Source: Hydrolagus affinis
Lineage: Eukaryota
Direction of reading: 5' to 3'
DNA length: 63,568 bases
Assembly: GCA_012026655.1 (NCBI GenBank)
Contig: JAAILG010001658.1
Span: 1-63,568 of the forward strand
Shown: positions 25,471-39,556 of the stretch, piece after piece
How the letters are laid out: every line of letters begins with the position of its first letter
Position numbering within the stretch: the stretch's first letter is position 1
Position numbers and translations under genes: made by a program
The notes under the pieces: model-generated
The model's database searches: none
What the model was told of the DNA's origin: nothing
The model's input: only the letters and a program-made list of their open reading frames with translations

Positions 25471-26750
25471 GTTCAACCCACTGACAATTCAATGGAGGCA
25501 CTTACAGTTCTCCATTCCCATGTTGCTTCATTTCCTGGGTAATCGATGTCTCATCTCACGCTCACTCTCTCTCTCTCTCTCTCTCTGGTTTCCACGTTTA
25601 CAGGTGCAGAAAGCCACACCTTGCACAGCCCAGCTTGGCAGGGTCAACCTCACCTCGGCAACAAGTCAAGCGCTCAATATGGTCAATAGATTCAGTACAA
25701 TATACGCTTCAAATTCCCCTCCTTCTTATAATATTTCTGTTCTAATTTCTGGTCCCTTCCTTAGGTGGAGCTATTAGTAAAAGCTCATACAACAATTGGT
25801 CTGAGGAATCAAACAGAGCAGAATTTTCCGATGGATTTATTTTTCTCGCTGCCCTTTCGCGCCTTCCTATCATCATTGTTTTTGCTTAGTCTTTGGTGGC
25901 TACAATGTAGGAAATGTAACACACTTCTTAATGTGTGTAAGAATAGCTTTTTGTTGTATGCTAAAGAACACATGCATAAACAGCACTAAATTACACGTTT
26001 ATCTCAAGGGCTCGAGGAAAATCTGCTGTTAACATGATTGAAGTAAGACGTCTCAAAGCGATTAATAGGATAAACTGCAAAGTCAATTGACTGCATATTT
26101 TGTGGGCCTATAGCTTGTGAGGTGTGCATCATCACTGCACAGGAATGGTTAGAAAACGGACCCTCAATAGGTGGCCAGGATATTTCCCCTGTGAAAGTAG
26201 AATAGATATGTGGAACTCTCGATCTAGTTTAGATACTCTACATTTTGATGGATTTCCATATGTATCAGACATTCAGCTGAACAAAAGCAAAAATTGGGAC
26301 TTTGGTTTGACTGAAGAGAGTTCAGAATTAATGTAAGAGAAAGTCACTCGTCGCCCAACCCAATGGCTCTCCCACATGTATTTATCAGTTATCCTAATAT
26401 CTATCTGATATTGCTTCTATAATTATTAACTGCACATATTCTTCACTGCTTTAGCGAATTTCATCCCAAAGCAAATAGTTACTACACTTTAATGTGTTAC
26501 TGCACATTGAAACATTTTGCCATTAGAAGCACTAAAGCAATGATTATGGTTGGACTTTGCAAAATCAATGAGTTTTCAGCGCAGATGGAGGCGATTTAAT
26601 CCACTGTCTGTGCCGAATTGGAGCCGGTTGAATCTCTACTAATGGAATTTGCAACATGGCAAACTAATTTGAAGAGGGGTGAAAGACATTAGCATCCTTT
26701 CTGTTTACACTGGTTCAAACCAAAACAGATGATATAAATGAAATAGTCCG

Positions 26751-26812
26751 GCAGTGGGTTAGCACAGTGGCCTTTCACCTATGAGATCAGAGTTCAAATC
26801 CAGCCCAGGCTA
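26751..26812 (+). mobile_element. tRNA-like SINE head relic (resembles the LF-SINE-type head)
   Basis: gcagtgggttagcacagtggcctttcacctatgagatcagagttcaaatccagcccagg carries A/B boxes and gcctttcacct..ttc.aatccagcccagg as I recall for LF-SINE. Confidence 0.45.
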
Positions 26813-27189
26813 AGGAGATGGAAGTACATTTGCAAACTATTTGTTCAACCAAACATCCAACTAGTGATGTACCTGACCTGGGAGCATTGAGTCTGGAGAG
26901 ATTTTACATCAACACAGAATACCTGAAATGGGAAACAACAACAATTTGGATTTATATCGTGCCCTCCACACCGGACAGCAATCAGCATTAATATCCCTCA
27001 CTTTGGCAAACACGATGTTCACATCTACCAGAGAATGGCAAATTAAAGAACGACAGGCATGAATACAAGACGCGTTTCTCACCAGACAATTGCTTTGTAA
27101 AATTAATTCAACTGCTGGGCAAAGACAAATAAAGAACTTGTGTCAGCCCAGACAGCAAGAATTGACTGGCTAAACACAAATTAGGGCTA

Positions 27190-27300
27190 CAGAGCCAAGT
27201 CCAATCCAGTCTTCACAAAGTATCACGTTCCAGCAAAGGTCATTCCTCATTGGTAACCAACAGGAGCAGGAAAACCTGGCTGATTTTTACCCTCTCTTAT
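27190..27300 (-). mobile_element. SINE-like family B fragment
   Basis: caggagcaggaaaacctggctgattttt is the reverse complement of the aaaaatcagccaggttttcctgctcct motif (cf. 52382-52403). Confidence 0.55.
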
Positions 27301-27372
27301 TCAGGGAGAAAATAAATATATGCAACAGAATGCAGCCTTTTGGCATTCTTCAACTATCTCTTTTTATGTCTC

Positions 27373-27481
27373 GGGCTGCTAGGTTAGAAGATCAGCCATG
27401 ATCATACTGAATGGCGGGGCAGGCTCGAGGGGCTGAATGGCCTACTCCTGCTCCTATTTCTTATGTTCTTATTTATTTATT
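27373..27481 (+). mobile_element. CR1 LINE 3' end (well preserved)
   Basis: gatcagccatgatcatactgaatggcggggcaggctcgaggggctgaatggcctactcctgctcctatttcttatgttctt, the canonical chondrichthyan CR1 terminus. Confidence 0.9.
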
Positions 27482-28708
27482 GATTTTTTAAAATTTATCC
27501 ACAATGGGATTCAGTCCTGAATTAGTGTAGATGACTGGCTGGTTACAATATATACACCTTATATAATTAATTTCACATTGGATAATACTGTAAGGCATTT
27601 CACTGAGACCGAGGGCAATCCGAGCAAGGTGAGAAATGGAGGGCAGGTAGAAGGGAGTTAACAAAGGACGCAGTTGGTAAGGTAGAAACAGTGGGGTCAT
27701 GACTAGACCCAGAAACACATAGAGCATTAAGTCTACCGAGGCCGCAGGTGAAAACTAGGAGAGGGTTGTCAATGTTCCCCCAGGCTATTATTGCACGTGC
27801 CATTACTTCAAGGTGTGAAAATAAACATTGGTAGTCGGCCACAATATGTAGTGAAGCCGAGTGACAGCCGTGACTGCACACTTACAGTATTTAATGATAG
27901 TATTTTGAGTTTTGTTTTAAAACAATGCGGGGGCACAGCTTTGTAACCCGGAGGTTTGTACATCAAGGCTGAGCTGCCTGTTCCCCAGGGCAGAGGGAGA
28001 GAGAGGGCTTCACTGGTGAAGCTGTCATTTTGAAAAATCTGTGTTGACTGAGCTCCTGGTGAGAAACTCAAGAGAAGAGTGTGCGGTGTGAATCACAGCC
28101 TTGGCTGTAACCTCCTAACCAGCCTGCCACCCTCATTTTGAGCCATTTTGTTCGTTTCATGGTTGGCTAGACAGACTCCCTCCAGTACTGACTTCCCTAT
28201 CCCGTACACGCAATCATCTTATTTTTAAAGCTTCTATAACAGCTTGCTTTCCAGTTTATATATATATTTATATATATATTTCAGCTCTGGGTGCATCCTG
28301 CACAGCATGCTATTAATTCACAGGCCATTCTGAAGCACTCATTCAATTACATTTTGATAAAGATGAATTGCTCACTACCTCAGTGCTGTCCTTTCTGGAG
28401 GGAGAAAAGTCCCGTGTAAACTGGGGGGATATTGCATGCTCTTCTGTGTTTAGGAGGGTCACTGTGTGAGTAAGTCTCCCTGGAGGGAGGGGACAGCTGT
28501 GCAGTCATGCATCACTGTTCCAAGAGTTCCCGTGTAGCATGCGCCTAACAAATGATTTAAAACCACGTGGGAATGGTCTACACTCTGTATCCATGCAAAC
28601 AAAGCAGTTTCACTGTTCAAACCTTGGCTTTATTCAGGGAATACCCAAATGCCTGACTGGTAAGAAATAAATAGCTCGTATCTTCTCTTTAATAATGTTA
28701 CACAATTC

Positions 28709-28870
28709 TAATAATAGTAATCCATGTACTTGATACAGCAAGGTCTCAAAGCGCTTTACAGAATATATTGTAAAGTGAATTGACTGTATCTTGTGGGCAA
28801 AATGTGGCAGCCAATTGTGCACAGCAGTGTCATTGTTCCCCACCCCAAACAGTGGTGGATTGATTGACCC
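28709..28870 (-). mobile_element. SINE family A, 5'-truncated
   Basis: Tail with an internal deletion plus core. Confidence 0.85.
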
Positions 28871-28950
28871 AAGTGTTTTTTTTGAAGGGGAGGGTTTTTT
28901 ATGCCATTAGATTATATCATTACTATTCTTTGTTAGATAATCGAGATTAA

Positions 28951-29075
28951 GCATCAACCTCCATAGTTGCACATTGAACCTCACAAAACCAGTCAGGAAC
29001 CTAGGTGTCTTGTTGGATCCTCAACTGTCTTTGCTCCCCCACATCCTCCTCCACATCCAAGCCATAACCCACTCT
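28951..29075 (+). mobile_element. L2 LINE ORF2 fragment
   Basis: Translates INLHSCTLNLTKPVRNLGVLLDPQLSLLPHI, matching the L2 motif VRNLGVxxDxxLSFxxHI. Confidence 0.75.
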
Positions 29076-29957
29076 AGATATTGGAAACACTATAATTAGC
29101 CTTTTTTTTTCCAGTATAGGCATTTTCATAAACAAAACTTGTAGGATAGGTAAATCAGAGCGATTTGAATCAATTTGAAGAGGTCTCTCTTCCAGCAACT
29201 CACCGAATGCATGACATGGGATGGGCAATGGTTTGTCCCATAGACACAACAGTACCAGACAAACTCATTACAACACACACACACCACCACACTGGTTTAG
29301 AAATTCCCAGGTAAACAAACTGAAAATTATTTCTCAATAAGCCTGTAGTCATTCATCACTGGCCCAAGTTGATTCAATGAAATAAAGACCAAGAGCAACA
29401 AATCTAAGGCATATCTGAACAGCAATAATGTAATCTCGGTGGGTTTGATTAAACACTTAGGAACCCCTTATTTCACATACGAACCATATACATCTGAACC
29501 CCATCAATTAGATTAGCCTGTAACTCACTCCCAAGTATTCAATATATATGAAGAATATATAAATAAACCATCTAAAGCATTTGATTATATTGCAGCCTTG
29601 TAATTGTTTCCAGGTAACCATTATTGCTCAGATGGTCTTCAAATACAAAATAAATGTTTATTCGACTGCCAACAAAGGAAGAGTTCTGAGAAAAATGTGG
29701 GATAGATTGGCATCATTAGTGGATCATCAGATCATATGAATTAGCCTTACGCCGACATAGAGTGGAAAATAGTGTGGGCGCAAATCGTGTGCAATGCATG
29801 ATAGCATCATTTATATTGGAAGGATGTCCCAAAGCATATAATCGACAATTTAGTACCGATTTATCAATTTATTGGTAACTTTATTATACGGATCAAAGTG
29901 AGGATAAAAAAAAATCTACTTACTTTTAAAATTATTTTCTGGTGCATAAAAGATCAT

Positions 29958-30130
29958 GTAATAATAATTCTTACATTTGATATACAGGCTTATCAAATCA
30001 TCAAGATATCAAAGCGCTTCACAGGATTTTACTATGAAGTGTCATGACTCTGTATTTCATAGGCAAATATCGACAACCAATTTGCGTACAGGAATATCCC
30101 ACAAACAGCCGTGTAGTAGTGAGTGTCTAA
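29958..30130 (-). mobile_element. Older DeuSINE 3' half
   Basis: Diverged tail and core (caatttgcgtacaggaatatcccacaaacagc). Confidence 0.75.
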
Positions 30131-31879
30131 TTTTTTCCAATATTAAAAATAACATAGGAGTTTACCCCATTCCCAGCCAAGAGGTGGAGGCATGGAGTTG
30201 AGCAGGGATAAAATGAAAGAACTGGATGCATAATTAGAACTGCAGGTTTGTGGAAAGTCCGGATGGTTCCCCCTCCAATTGCCTTGGGAAAATAGCTGAA
30301 GGATTATTTCATACCCAGCAAGACAAAGACAAGTCTACACCTCTACATGTTATGTTAACTGTGAGATATGCAATATAGCCCTCAATAACTCATTCACCAG
30401 TTAACCAGTAATGTTATCCGAGTGCCCTATTTCTAACACTCTGAATTTATTTAATGCTGCAGCACCCCCATTTTCAAGAAGATCAGCATCTTCAAGAGCA
30501 ACGAACATGAATTGAGCTTTCATTCCGTTACTGTGAGGGATAAGTGTCAGGTTACATTGCAGGATGCTATATGAATGCCCAATTCACAGAATATTTATTC
30601 ACTGGCATTTGAGCATTACGTATATAAACATAAAACACTTCAACCTGTTTGTTTTAGAATTTTTAAAAGAAATTATGGTCAGATAACAATTTAGTAATTG
30701 TAGTTGGGTTGCGTGTAAAGCCAGCGAATTGGCCTAGTGACCTTGACTAGGAAAGATTCACATAATTTCCAACAGCCTGTGTTGAGGAGAAATGGAAGCG
30801 GTTCAAACGATCACTTTGCTTTTCAGATGGAATCGACCGATTTGCCATTTGCCATCTTGGCAGGAAGCAGAAACGAAAAAGTTTTCTTTTCAAGAACGTC
30901 TTGAAAACAACTGTTCAGTCTTTCTCTGGTGCTTCTGGTCACGACGGAGACGCCATTTTTAGACCCTTTGACTTCAAGAGGAAGCATGGAATGGTGGGGT
31001 AGCATTTGTGTTAGTTCTGGAACGTTGCACCCTGAAGAATGTTAAGGAATAATTCACTGGAGTAGTTTATTGCTTTTCTTTTTGCCAGTGAATTATCACT
31101 TGTCTGAGCAGCGCAAAAAGCATCCACGCCCAATGCATAAATTAGCTTCACTCCACTACATTTCATACAGTTTGACAATCCTCGTCTTAAATCTTAAGCA
31201 AAAGTCATTAAATGTTTAAAGCACCTTTTAAATTATGGTTCCTCAACCCGATTGTACTTAAAATTCAAAGAGGGAGCGACAACAATAAGAAGGCGGCCAC
31301 TCCGCCCTTGAGTGCCCAGCTGGGATTATTTTTGTAGAGATTCCAGATGGCGCCGTTGACCTTCGTGATTTGTATCAGACCAAGCCCAACGTTGAAAGGA
31401 AGAAAGACGCTCGTCTAGGAAGCACGCCACTCACTAAACGTCTGTGTCACCCCCCCAATCCATGGGCTTCGCTTGCACTGCACCCAGTCCACTCAGTCAA
31501 AGAGAACACAGAACAAGATTTGGGTTTGATTTCAGAAGAGTGGCTTGAAAGTCCAAGACCCATAGGGTAGGTCACCATCCACGTCGCAAAGAGTATGACA
31601 AAGATCAGTTAAGAAACCTCCATAGATTGTAGCAGAAAGGGAAAACCCAGGAAGAGAAGTGGTTCCACAGTGAGATTCTGGTAAAGAATGAGTTGAAATG
31701 GGGGAAGAATCCAAATTTATTCAGTGAGGACGCCCCAAGAATATGTTCTTCCATTTCTGTGTTTTTAAAGAGTTTAGAACGGTGGAACATGAAAGACGCA
31801 TTTAGAAATTGACCATAGCCATGTTACCTATAAAACAGAGACAGACAAGAAACTTTAGAGGTGAGAGATTGACAAATTA

Positions 31880-32015
31880 TCAATCAGGCTATGACAAGGT
31901 ATGGCCAAAGGACGGGGTAATTGGATTAAAAGATTTTCCTAGATCTAATAAAGTGGTGAAACAGGCTCAATAGCCTGAATGGTCTCCTCTTGTTTTTGTT
32001 ATTCCTACGTTCCTA
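31880..32015 (+). mobile_element. CR1 LINE 3' end relic
   Basis: aacaggctcaatagcctgaatggtctcctcttg..cctacgttccta. Confidence 0.6.
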
Positions 32016-32639
32016 AGATTCTTCTTGTACCCCATCCAGGATTAGATATTGGTTATTAGAATTTGAGAGCAATAGTGTGCATAAAATCACCGTTACTGGT
32101 AACAAAAATGATTCGCTGCTTATCTGTGAAATTCATGAGTTATTTGACCTGGCATTTGGCACGGATATACTTGAACTAACACAATTGCAGAAAACACCCC
32201 TTTTCTTACAGAGAGATAAGATTTCATCCATCCAGGTCCACTGCCATTAACATCTAGATATTGTTCTCAGCCTTTGTTTCCAACCTTTCAACAATCCAAA
32301 CCCTAGGCCCTTGGGTGAACTTTTCCAGACCGCTGCGTTTTTGACATCTGCTTAATAAAGAACTTTTTAAAGCAAAGAAGTCAGCGGTTCACATGTTTAA
32401 ATGAAAGAACCCAAAAGTACAACATTAAAAGAGCAAAAAGCTTAGAGCCACTGACAGAACAAGTTTATACCTCATAATGTGAGAGGATCCATTAACTTTT
32501 GCAGATGAAGAGATTGAATATATGCAACTCAAACACCTCAAGGTTACGTGATCCAGAATACCAGTACTACATAACAGCATCAAGCTTCTTAGAACCCTAG
32601 CCTCACCCATACTTATCCAGGCCAACCGTCCACCAAATA

Positions 32640-32810
32640 AAATCGGTCAATCACTCCATGGCTGTTTGTGGGATGTTGCTGTGTACAAATAAGTTGCTTT
32701 TTTTTCCCCCACAAAATACACAGTCAATCCAGTGTACAGTATATCCTGTAAAGAGCTTTGAGATGTCTCGAAGACATCATCAGATGCTATGTCAAATACA
32801 AGGTTTATTA
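32640..32810 (+). mobile_element. DeuSINE 3' half
   Basis: ggctgtttgtgggatgttgctgtg...gagctttgagatgtc...caaatacaagg. Confidence 0.8.
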
Positions 32811-35796
32811 TATTTACTAGAAAAAAAATTACATTTACTGATAACTGTCAGCAAGGAAATACTTTCTGCCGTCTGTCCATTCCCAATGCAAAACCTGAGA
32901 CCTCTAACCTTGCCCTTCCCAAACCTGAACCTGTGCTCACTTGTCCTAGTAAATTAGCATTTCTGAAAATATCGTTCTGAACTTTTTGTGTCGGGTTTGT
33001 TATTGTAGTTGCCTCAAGATTCCCCTGAGACATCTTTCAAAGACTAACAAGTCTCACTTTATCTCGTTAATCGCCATTTTACATTGCATTATCTCAGGGC
33101 CTTCCATCACTTGGATCTTTAATATATCCCAGATTGGAACTCACAATATCTTTCCTGGGAAAGCAGAATGGATCCATTTCAAAGGGCAGAGCCATAAACC
33201 AAAGAGATATCCAAAAAAAAATTTAATTAAACAAATCCAAGGACACTACCCTATGTCTAGTTATTCTTTCCCACACCATCCATTGTCAAAATGCACCATT
33301 TAGAAGCCATTTCCCTGAAGCACTAACTGACTGCGTCAGAACCTTTAAACCACATCAACCAACTCTTCATTATGTCATCAAGATGCCCATTACTGTTGAC
33401 ATGATTCCCAGTGTTATTCTAAGCTACAGCTTTTGTTCATCAAATATCTCCTCTGTCACCATCTGAATGATTTATCCTTTTTTCCCCCCCTTTTCTGAAA
33501 GCCATTAGAAGTTGAAATTGCTCCGATTCACAGTTCTGGAAAGGGTGCAGCACACAGAAGAGAAGAACTGTACCTTGCTGACCTAATACCCTCACCAATT
33601 AGAAATCAAATCGTTCCATTTAATGAGATCATCTCTGCTGGGAGCTTATCAGATTCTTGGAGATGAGTGACTCCAACCCAAATTTAGAAGAATATATAGT
33701 ATACATCTACTTGACTTCTAAACAATAATCAGAATTCTAATAGCTTTTCTGGACAGGAACACAGCATCGCATGCATTTGACAAATCTGAAGTCAAAAGAC
33801 TGAAATTGAAAATGGGTTTAGATGTGAAGTGTGAACTTTCAACATAAACCGACTACAGACATGCAGAACACTGACCCACCATTCTGATTTCAGGTTCTGA
33901 TCAACACCTTGTGTCTTTTCAGCATTAATCCCTGACCTGTTTACAGAATAATAATCAAAGAATAATTTGGTAAACTTGAAGTTATGTTTCCCTGCAGGTA
34001 ATGAATACATCGGATGCTTTTGGTTTTCATTGGGCTGAATATTGGGGTGGGGGGGAAATACTTTTTTTAATTTAATTAAATGGAACCTTTATACATAGTT
34101 AGCTGGAGTTTAGAGACATTGATTGTAGGGATTATGACAGCAAAATATTGAGATTGCTCATTGCTGGTCTCATTGTGGTCACGAGTTCTGTGACAACCAT
34201 TCTTCGTTTATCTGGTTTCTATGCAAGGGGTGGACAGTTGTGTTCAAAATCTTGAAGAATATTTCCTTCGTCTGGCAGATTTTTTCCTTAACCTAAATTG
34301 CATTTGTCCCCATTTATGCAGTATCAAGTAATTTTATTTGAGTTGCTATAGGAGAGGAAGTTTTCCTCCTTTTAAAATAAATCATCCTTCCCCAATTTAT
34401 TCCTCCACCCCTCCACTTTCAGGTTTCCCCACAAAATACTGCCCCCTCAATTCCCAGTTTTCATTTGCCTCCATCACTCTATATTTAGGAACCAATGAAA
34501 CCACAAGGGAAATCCATGACAAGGTGGTGGTGACAGCAATTTACTCCTGACATGGAAAGAAAAATCACATTTATTCTCTGCATAGAATCCACAATACCTT
34601 AACAGCACCAGATGGTTGAAATGACAAATCGTTGCCATCACCAGTTCATTCTTTCCAAGGATCTCAAGACTTTGGTGTTCCCTTACCTTTCTCTCTGTCT
34701 GTCTTCCCTTTCTTCTATAATCCACAGGCTTTACCAACTAAAGCTTGGTGCCATTTAATCACATCTAGATTCATCTTGTCTTCTCAGCTACACTTATCAA
34801 CCTTGATGGTGAGTGGTGACCCTGCAATAAAGGTTTCTGTCCTGCACCCAAGTTTCTCAAATTAAAAAAAACCCAGCAACTCCCTAAAATACATGAAGTA
34901 ATATAAAATATGATTTCCTCGATATAGAAATGGTATATGTGACCATACAATACTCAGTGAAATTCTATCTACTACTGTTTAATGCAAATTGATGGATTTT
35001 CTTAATCCAGACCTCGAAACACAGTGGCCCTCATGGAAACTTGAAAAAGGTTCCAGATGAGGTGAGCTGGGCTCGCTCGGAATAAGAAAAGAGCTGAGTT
35101 CATCTGTCACCTTGTTTTTACAAAAAGTGCGTTAGAAGCATATTCAGAGGCTGTAAACAGGTGACCGTTGATCATTAATATTGAGTAATGGGCAGGATGC
35201 AGAAAAACAGGGTGTAAAGGTCAATTTAAGAGGGGAGAGAAGCGGGGGTGCAAGGGGGGTCAGGCAATGCTGAAATTGACAAAGCCCAGAGAAGCAGCTG
35301 GCTCTTATTATAAAGTTGGTTCCGTTGAAAGTACCGGAAGAGCAATCTGCTACACCACTTATTCTTCCACCACAGGTAATGGGACAAGCCAAGTGCATGT
35401 GTATGGTGAGATAACTCAATCCCTGCTGATACGGTTCGTAGACAATGACTTAAGTTTTAACCACTAGTGCAAGCTTCCCAACAGTAAAATACTACACTCA
35501 ATCTGCCCAGCAAAAACCCTTTGAGGTGCCCTTCATTTTGTTACTTCACTTTGGAAAGTAATGAATGGAGCAGAAATGGACCAGGGTGGAATCCTAGTCT
35601 AACGTTGGTGGGGCCAGAGTGCGCTGGTGGATTTTCGAAAGCTTCCCGTTCACAGTGTGGCAAGTGCAGACAGCATCGCAAAATAGCATTGCGAACTTAT
35701 TGCTGTTGATAGAACCATGGACTTTTACAACACTGAAGAAGGTCAGTACGTCCATGGTGTCTGTGATGGACTGTCTGATTTCTATTGCATAATAAT

Positions 35797-35912
35797 TGAG
35801 GGGTTGTGGGGAACAGTCAGGTAAAAATTGGACTGAATGGTTCACCATTTCAAACACCCATCACAGGCACGATGGGTTGAATGAACCTTCTCCAGTTTGT
35901 AAATTTCTATGG
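35797..35912 (+). mobile_element. CR1 LINE 3' end relic
   Basis: cacaggcacgatgggttgaatgaaccttctcc..tttctatg. Confidence 0.6.
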
Positions 35913-38679
35913 ATGCCAAGTGTAATAGCCCACGTCAAAGGCAGAGTCTACCATCTCACTGTCGCCCAATGCAGGCAGAGGATATTTGGTCAAGTCTTCA
36001 CTCAGAAATTTTTACTTTGAACAGTGACAGCCGTACTTCTTTGTCCTCCTGATGTGAAAAGCTCTCTATAAATGTAATTTTGTTGTTGGGTTGTTGTTTT
36101 TTGTAGGCCAATCTCTTAATCACTTATTTACAGGCCTCAGTTCCAGCCTAAGAGCCACTGTCTCACTCTCTTTGCCTGGTGACTGGCACACCACACCTAC
36201 CTGCCATGACTTGTTCCCATTGCTCCGCTCCTCATCCTCCAGATCTGGCCAAACTAGATTCGCACCTTCAGCGGCAGTAGTCATTCTGCTGGAACTTCTT
36301 CTGGGGGATACAAACTCCAGATCCGAGACAGCATGCAGTTACCCTGCACCTGGTCAGAATCACTATCCACGGGGAAATCTCAGAGACACCTCCTTCTCCA
36401 GTTCTCGTGAACCAGCTGGGCTTGTCAGATTGAGTTACACATGTGCTGAGAGGTAGTTACCTACTATTAGAGTCAATCACACACTTACGCAGGAAAAGAG
36501 AATGAGGACCTGTGATTTCACACCTGCTAACCAGGGAGGGACTGAACCCCACCTCCACATTTTGCTGTTTCCACTAATCACAATCTTCCGAACACATGTC
36601 ACGCTGCGAATCCTCTCAACACCACTTCAATCTGATCACGCTCAAATCCCCTTCCCTCTGAGCAACAGCCAGAACAAGCCAGGTAAGATTTTAAAATACT
36701 GTAAAAAAAAATTGCAAGGACCCCCAAAACAGAAGATCAAAGGGAACAAAAACAATTTCTAAGTATCGGAGAGCATTTGTACATTGCCTCCACAAGCTCC
36801 CCTACCACTGTGGCCATTGTCCACTCGCTCATTTAAGAATTAACAAGCACGAAATGTGCATTACTGAAAGTGTCTCCTCATTGGCTGTTATTTATTTACT
36901 ACCAACAATCACAGTTGGTACAGCTGGTTTGAAACAGTCCCTCGAGGTTCCTGACATTTTGTTATCATCACTGAAGTGTTTGTTTCAATGACTTTGCAGC
37001 CATTTCTTAATAAACTGGGATATATAACCCACAGTAACCTTTTCCTTCTATGGTCCTGGCCAGCAGACCCCTACCCCCCCAAATAAAATCGGTCTTTGAC
37101 TTTGTGACTCTCTGTGTGGGATATTTCTGTGAACAAATTGGCAGATCCATTCACTTAAAAAAATACACAGTCACTACATATTACAGTAAAGGGCCGTGCG
37201 GCGCGCTTTAAGTCGGCTCGACGACGTGTTAAGGAAGCATAACAAACATGAGAATTATTTCTATTGAAATAACGTAACCTGGGATGTGGTTCCACTTTCT
37301 GGGGGTCAGCGGACAGCAATTATTGCTGAGTGCGTCAGTGACTGGACTGAGCAGCAGTCCTCCTGAGTTGCCAGGGAACCCAGCTGCTTTGTGAGATGCA
37401 CCAAATAGAGGCAATGTATTCTTTTTGAATAATTATAATGAAAATGGAAAGCAGTTACAAGTTGCACAAAATGTCATGTTGGGGGCGGCTGGTCTCGTTC
37501 AGAGTCTATACTTTTATTCCTTCAGTCGAGCAACTTTTTTTCCCCCCCACCATTACGTTTACTAAATCCATCAGTCTAATCCTCTCCTGAGCTGATATAT
37601 AATAAAGTATAGAGCCTATTGTTGGTTCGAATCCATTTAATTGTTTTAGTGAAAGATTTATCTTGTTTTCAAAATAAATCAGAATGCTAAAAAAAAGTCT
37701 TTACTTTGGCTTCTGTGGGCTCAAATCTTCCCTGTGCATCACATTCTATTGAGCAGTGAGACCGGTGGAGATGTGTTATCGCGTCACCCATCCGCCTGGA
37801 TTTGGGAAATTTAGCTGATGCAAAACAAGGCATTAATTTGGAGAGGCCCTAGCTACTTACAATGCTTAGTGTTCTGACAATGATGAATGACATAGTTCGG
37901 AGAAAATGGTAATTTCACTTTTTTTTTGACAGTACTTTAGAGTAAAACCGATTCTCATTGCACAAAGCATTCACAGTCCCATTCAAATAAAGCTGTACCT
38001 GAATATCAGAAATCCTTCATTGTTAAGTATCATCTGATATTCTTGATTGGCTTTGCACTAAAGTTTCAGAGATGAATTCAGAGGAACGGAGGTTAAGTCC
38101 TAACCTTGAAAGATTTAACATCCATTGAAATACTGTCTTAAGACCCTCCTTATTTTGCATTTTCCAAACTTTCAAATTCAATGAGAGGGAGGGTTAAACA
38201 CAAACTCTGTCACATTCATCAAGTGAATCTGCTGAGAAGACAGCGAAGGGAGAATGTATTCAAAACAAGAAGGGTGGGGGGGGAAAAATCCCTCTATAGT
38301 CCATCACTGGGACTGAGGTTAAAGATTGAGCGCAATCGAGTTTTTTTACTACTACAGTCTCCCATGCCTGACAAGATCAAGGTGCTAAATTGAAAGCATT
38401 CTCATTTCCGATTATGGAGCATAGAGGGTTAGAGCCCTGTGATCTAGTCAGGCACAGGAGAGTATGGTAGTATAAAATATTATCCTCATACCCTTACATC
38501 TCTGGATACCTGTGTGTGTTCTACATTCTTTCTCAGGGGGGGACATTTTCTCCTGATGTGAAAGGCACTTTACAAATGTAACTTTGTATGGTATCTTATA
38601 TACTCTCCCCCCAACTGATCATTCTTGATGTACATAGGTGTGATCGCAGACAGGGAGCCTAACTGCGGAGGGTATCCAT

Positions 38680-39005
38680 CATAGGCGAACCCAATCATAG
38701 CCTCACGTGGTATCCACACACAAGTCAAGTTACACCAAGAGTCACTGGTTTGTGGTCAGAAGTACTGTGACTGATGTATGTCTCCCTAGCCAAGGGTATT
38801 AGAGGTTATTACTGCTCAACTAATACCACTAATTAACTCCATCCGGACAGAGGATTGAAACTGGGACCTTCATCCCTCCACTCCCCGAGGTCAAATAGCC
38901 TGCTCGGAATCTTGGCTCACACTAGGAACTTGTGTGGGATACTGGAGCCCTGCCAATACCCTCAGAACTGTTCCCCAGTCAGGTTCAACGCCTTCAGAAG
39001 AGGAG
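38680..39005. mobile_element. SINE-like family B fragments (minus 38680-38870, plus 38880-39005)
   Basis: ggtcaaatagcctgc...ccccagtcaggttcaacgccttcagaagaggag matches the end of the 52135-52620 copy. Confidence 0.5.
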
Positions 39006-39157
39006 TGGATATACTATAATTCGCAACATGGAAGAAAAGTATATGTTCTTATAACCTTGTTGCTGTAACTGCAGGTGGACACCAACATTGCTAAATACCA
39101 GCTGAAACAATGGCTATTTAAAGTGTACAAATGTAGGAAATTGTGTTAAAAGTCTGG

Positions 39158-39290
39158 AGCTGGAAGGTCTCAGGTTCGAGTCCCAGTCTGTGCTGAATTA
39201 GTTTGTATCAAGTGGGTCAGCAGTCGGGGTGTTATAATTGGCTTCAGTCCCCCTGGGCTAAAGAGGGGGTGAATCAGTCAGGGTTTCTGT
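39158..39290 (+). mobile_element. SINE-like family B 5' part
   Basis: ggaaggtctcaggttcgagtcccagtctgtgctg (B box) ...taattggcttcagtccccctgggct...aatcagtcagggttt. Confidence 0.6.
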
Positions 39291-39322
39291 TTTTTATTGT
39301 TATCCATTGAGCTGTGCTCAAT

Positions 39323-39556
39323 GGAACTCCACCCCACAATCCCTTCGCCTCATTCCCTCCCTCGCCTCCTTCAAGACCAATCTCAAGACCCTCTTCTTCG
39401 ACTGTGCCTTCTGCTGCCTTCCCAACTCTCTCTCTCCCCCCCCACCTTGCCCCTCTCCCTTGCTCAGGTCCCGACCTGACTGTTCAGCGCCTTGGGACAT
39501 CCTCCTGATGTGAAAAGCACTCTATAAATTTAACTTTGTTGTTGTTGTTGTTGTTT
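39323..39556 (+). mobile_element. L2-type LINE 3' end
   Basis: Translates WNSTPQSLRLIPSLASFKTNLKTLFF (L2 ORF2 C-terminus WNSLP..FK..LKT.LF), then 3'-UTR, stem-loop and (TTG)n. Confidence 0.9.
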
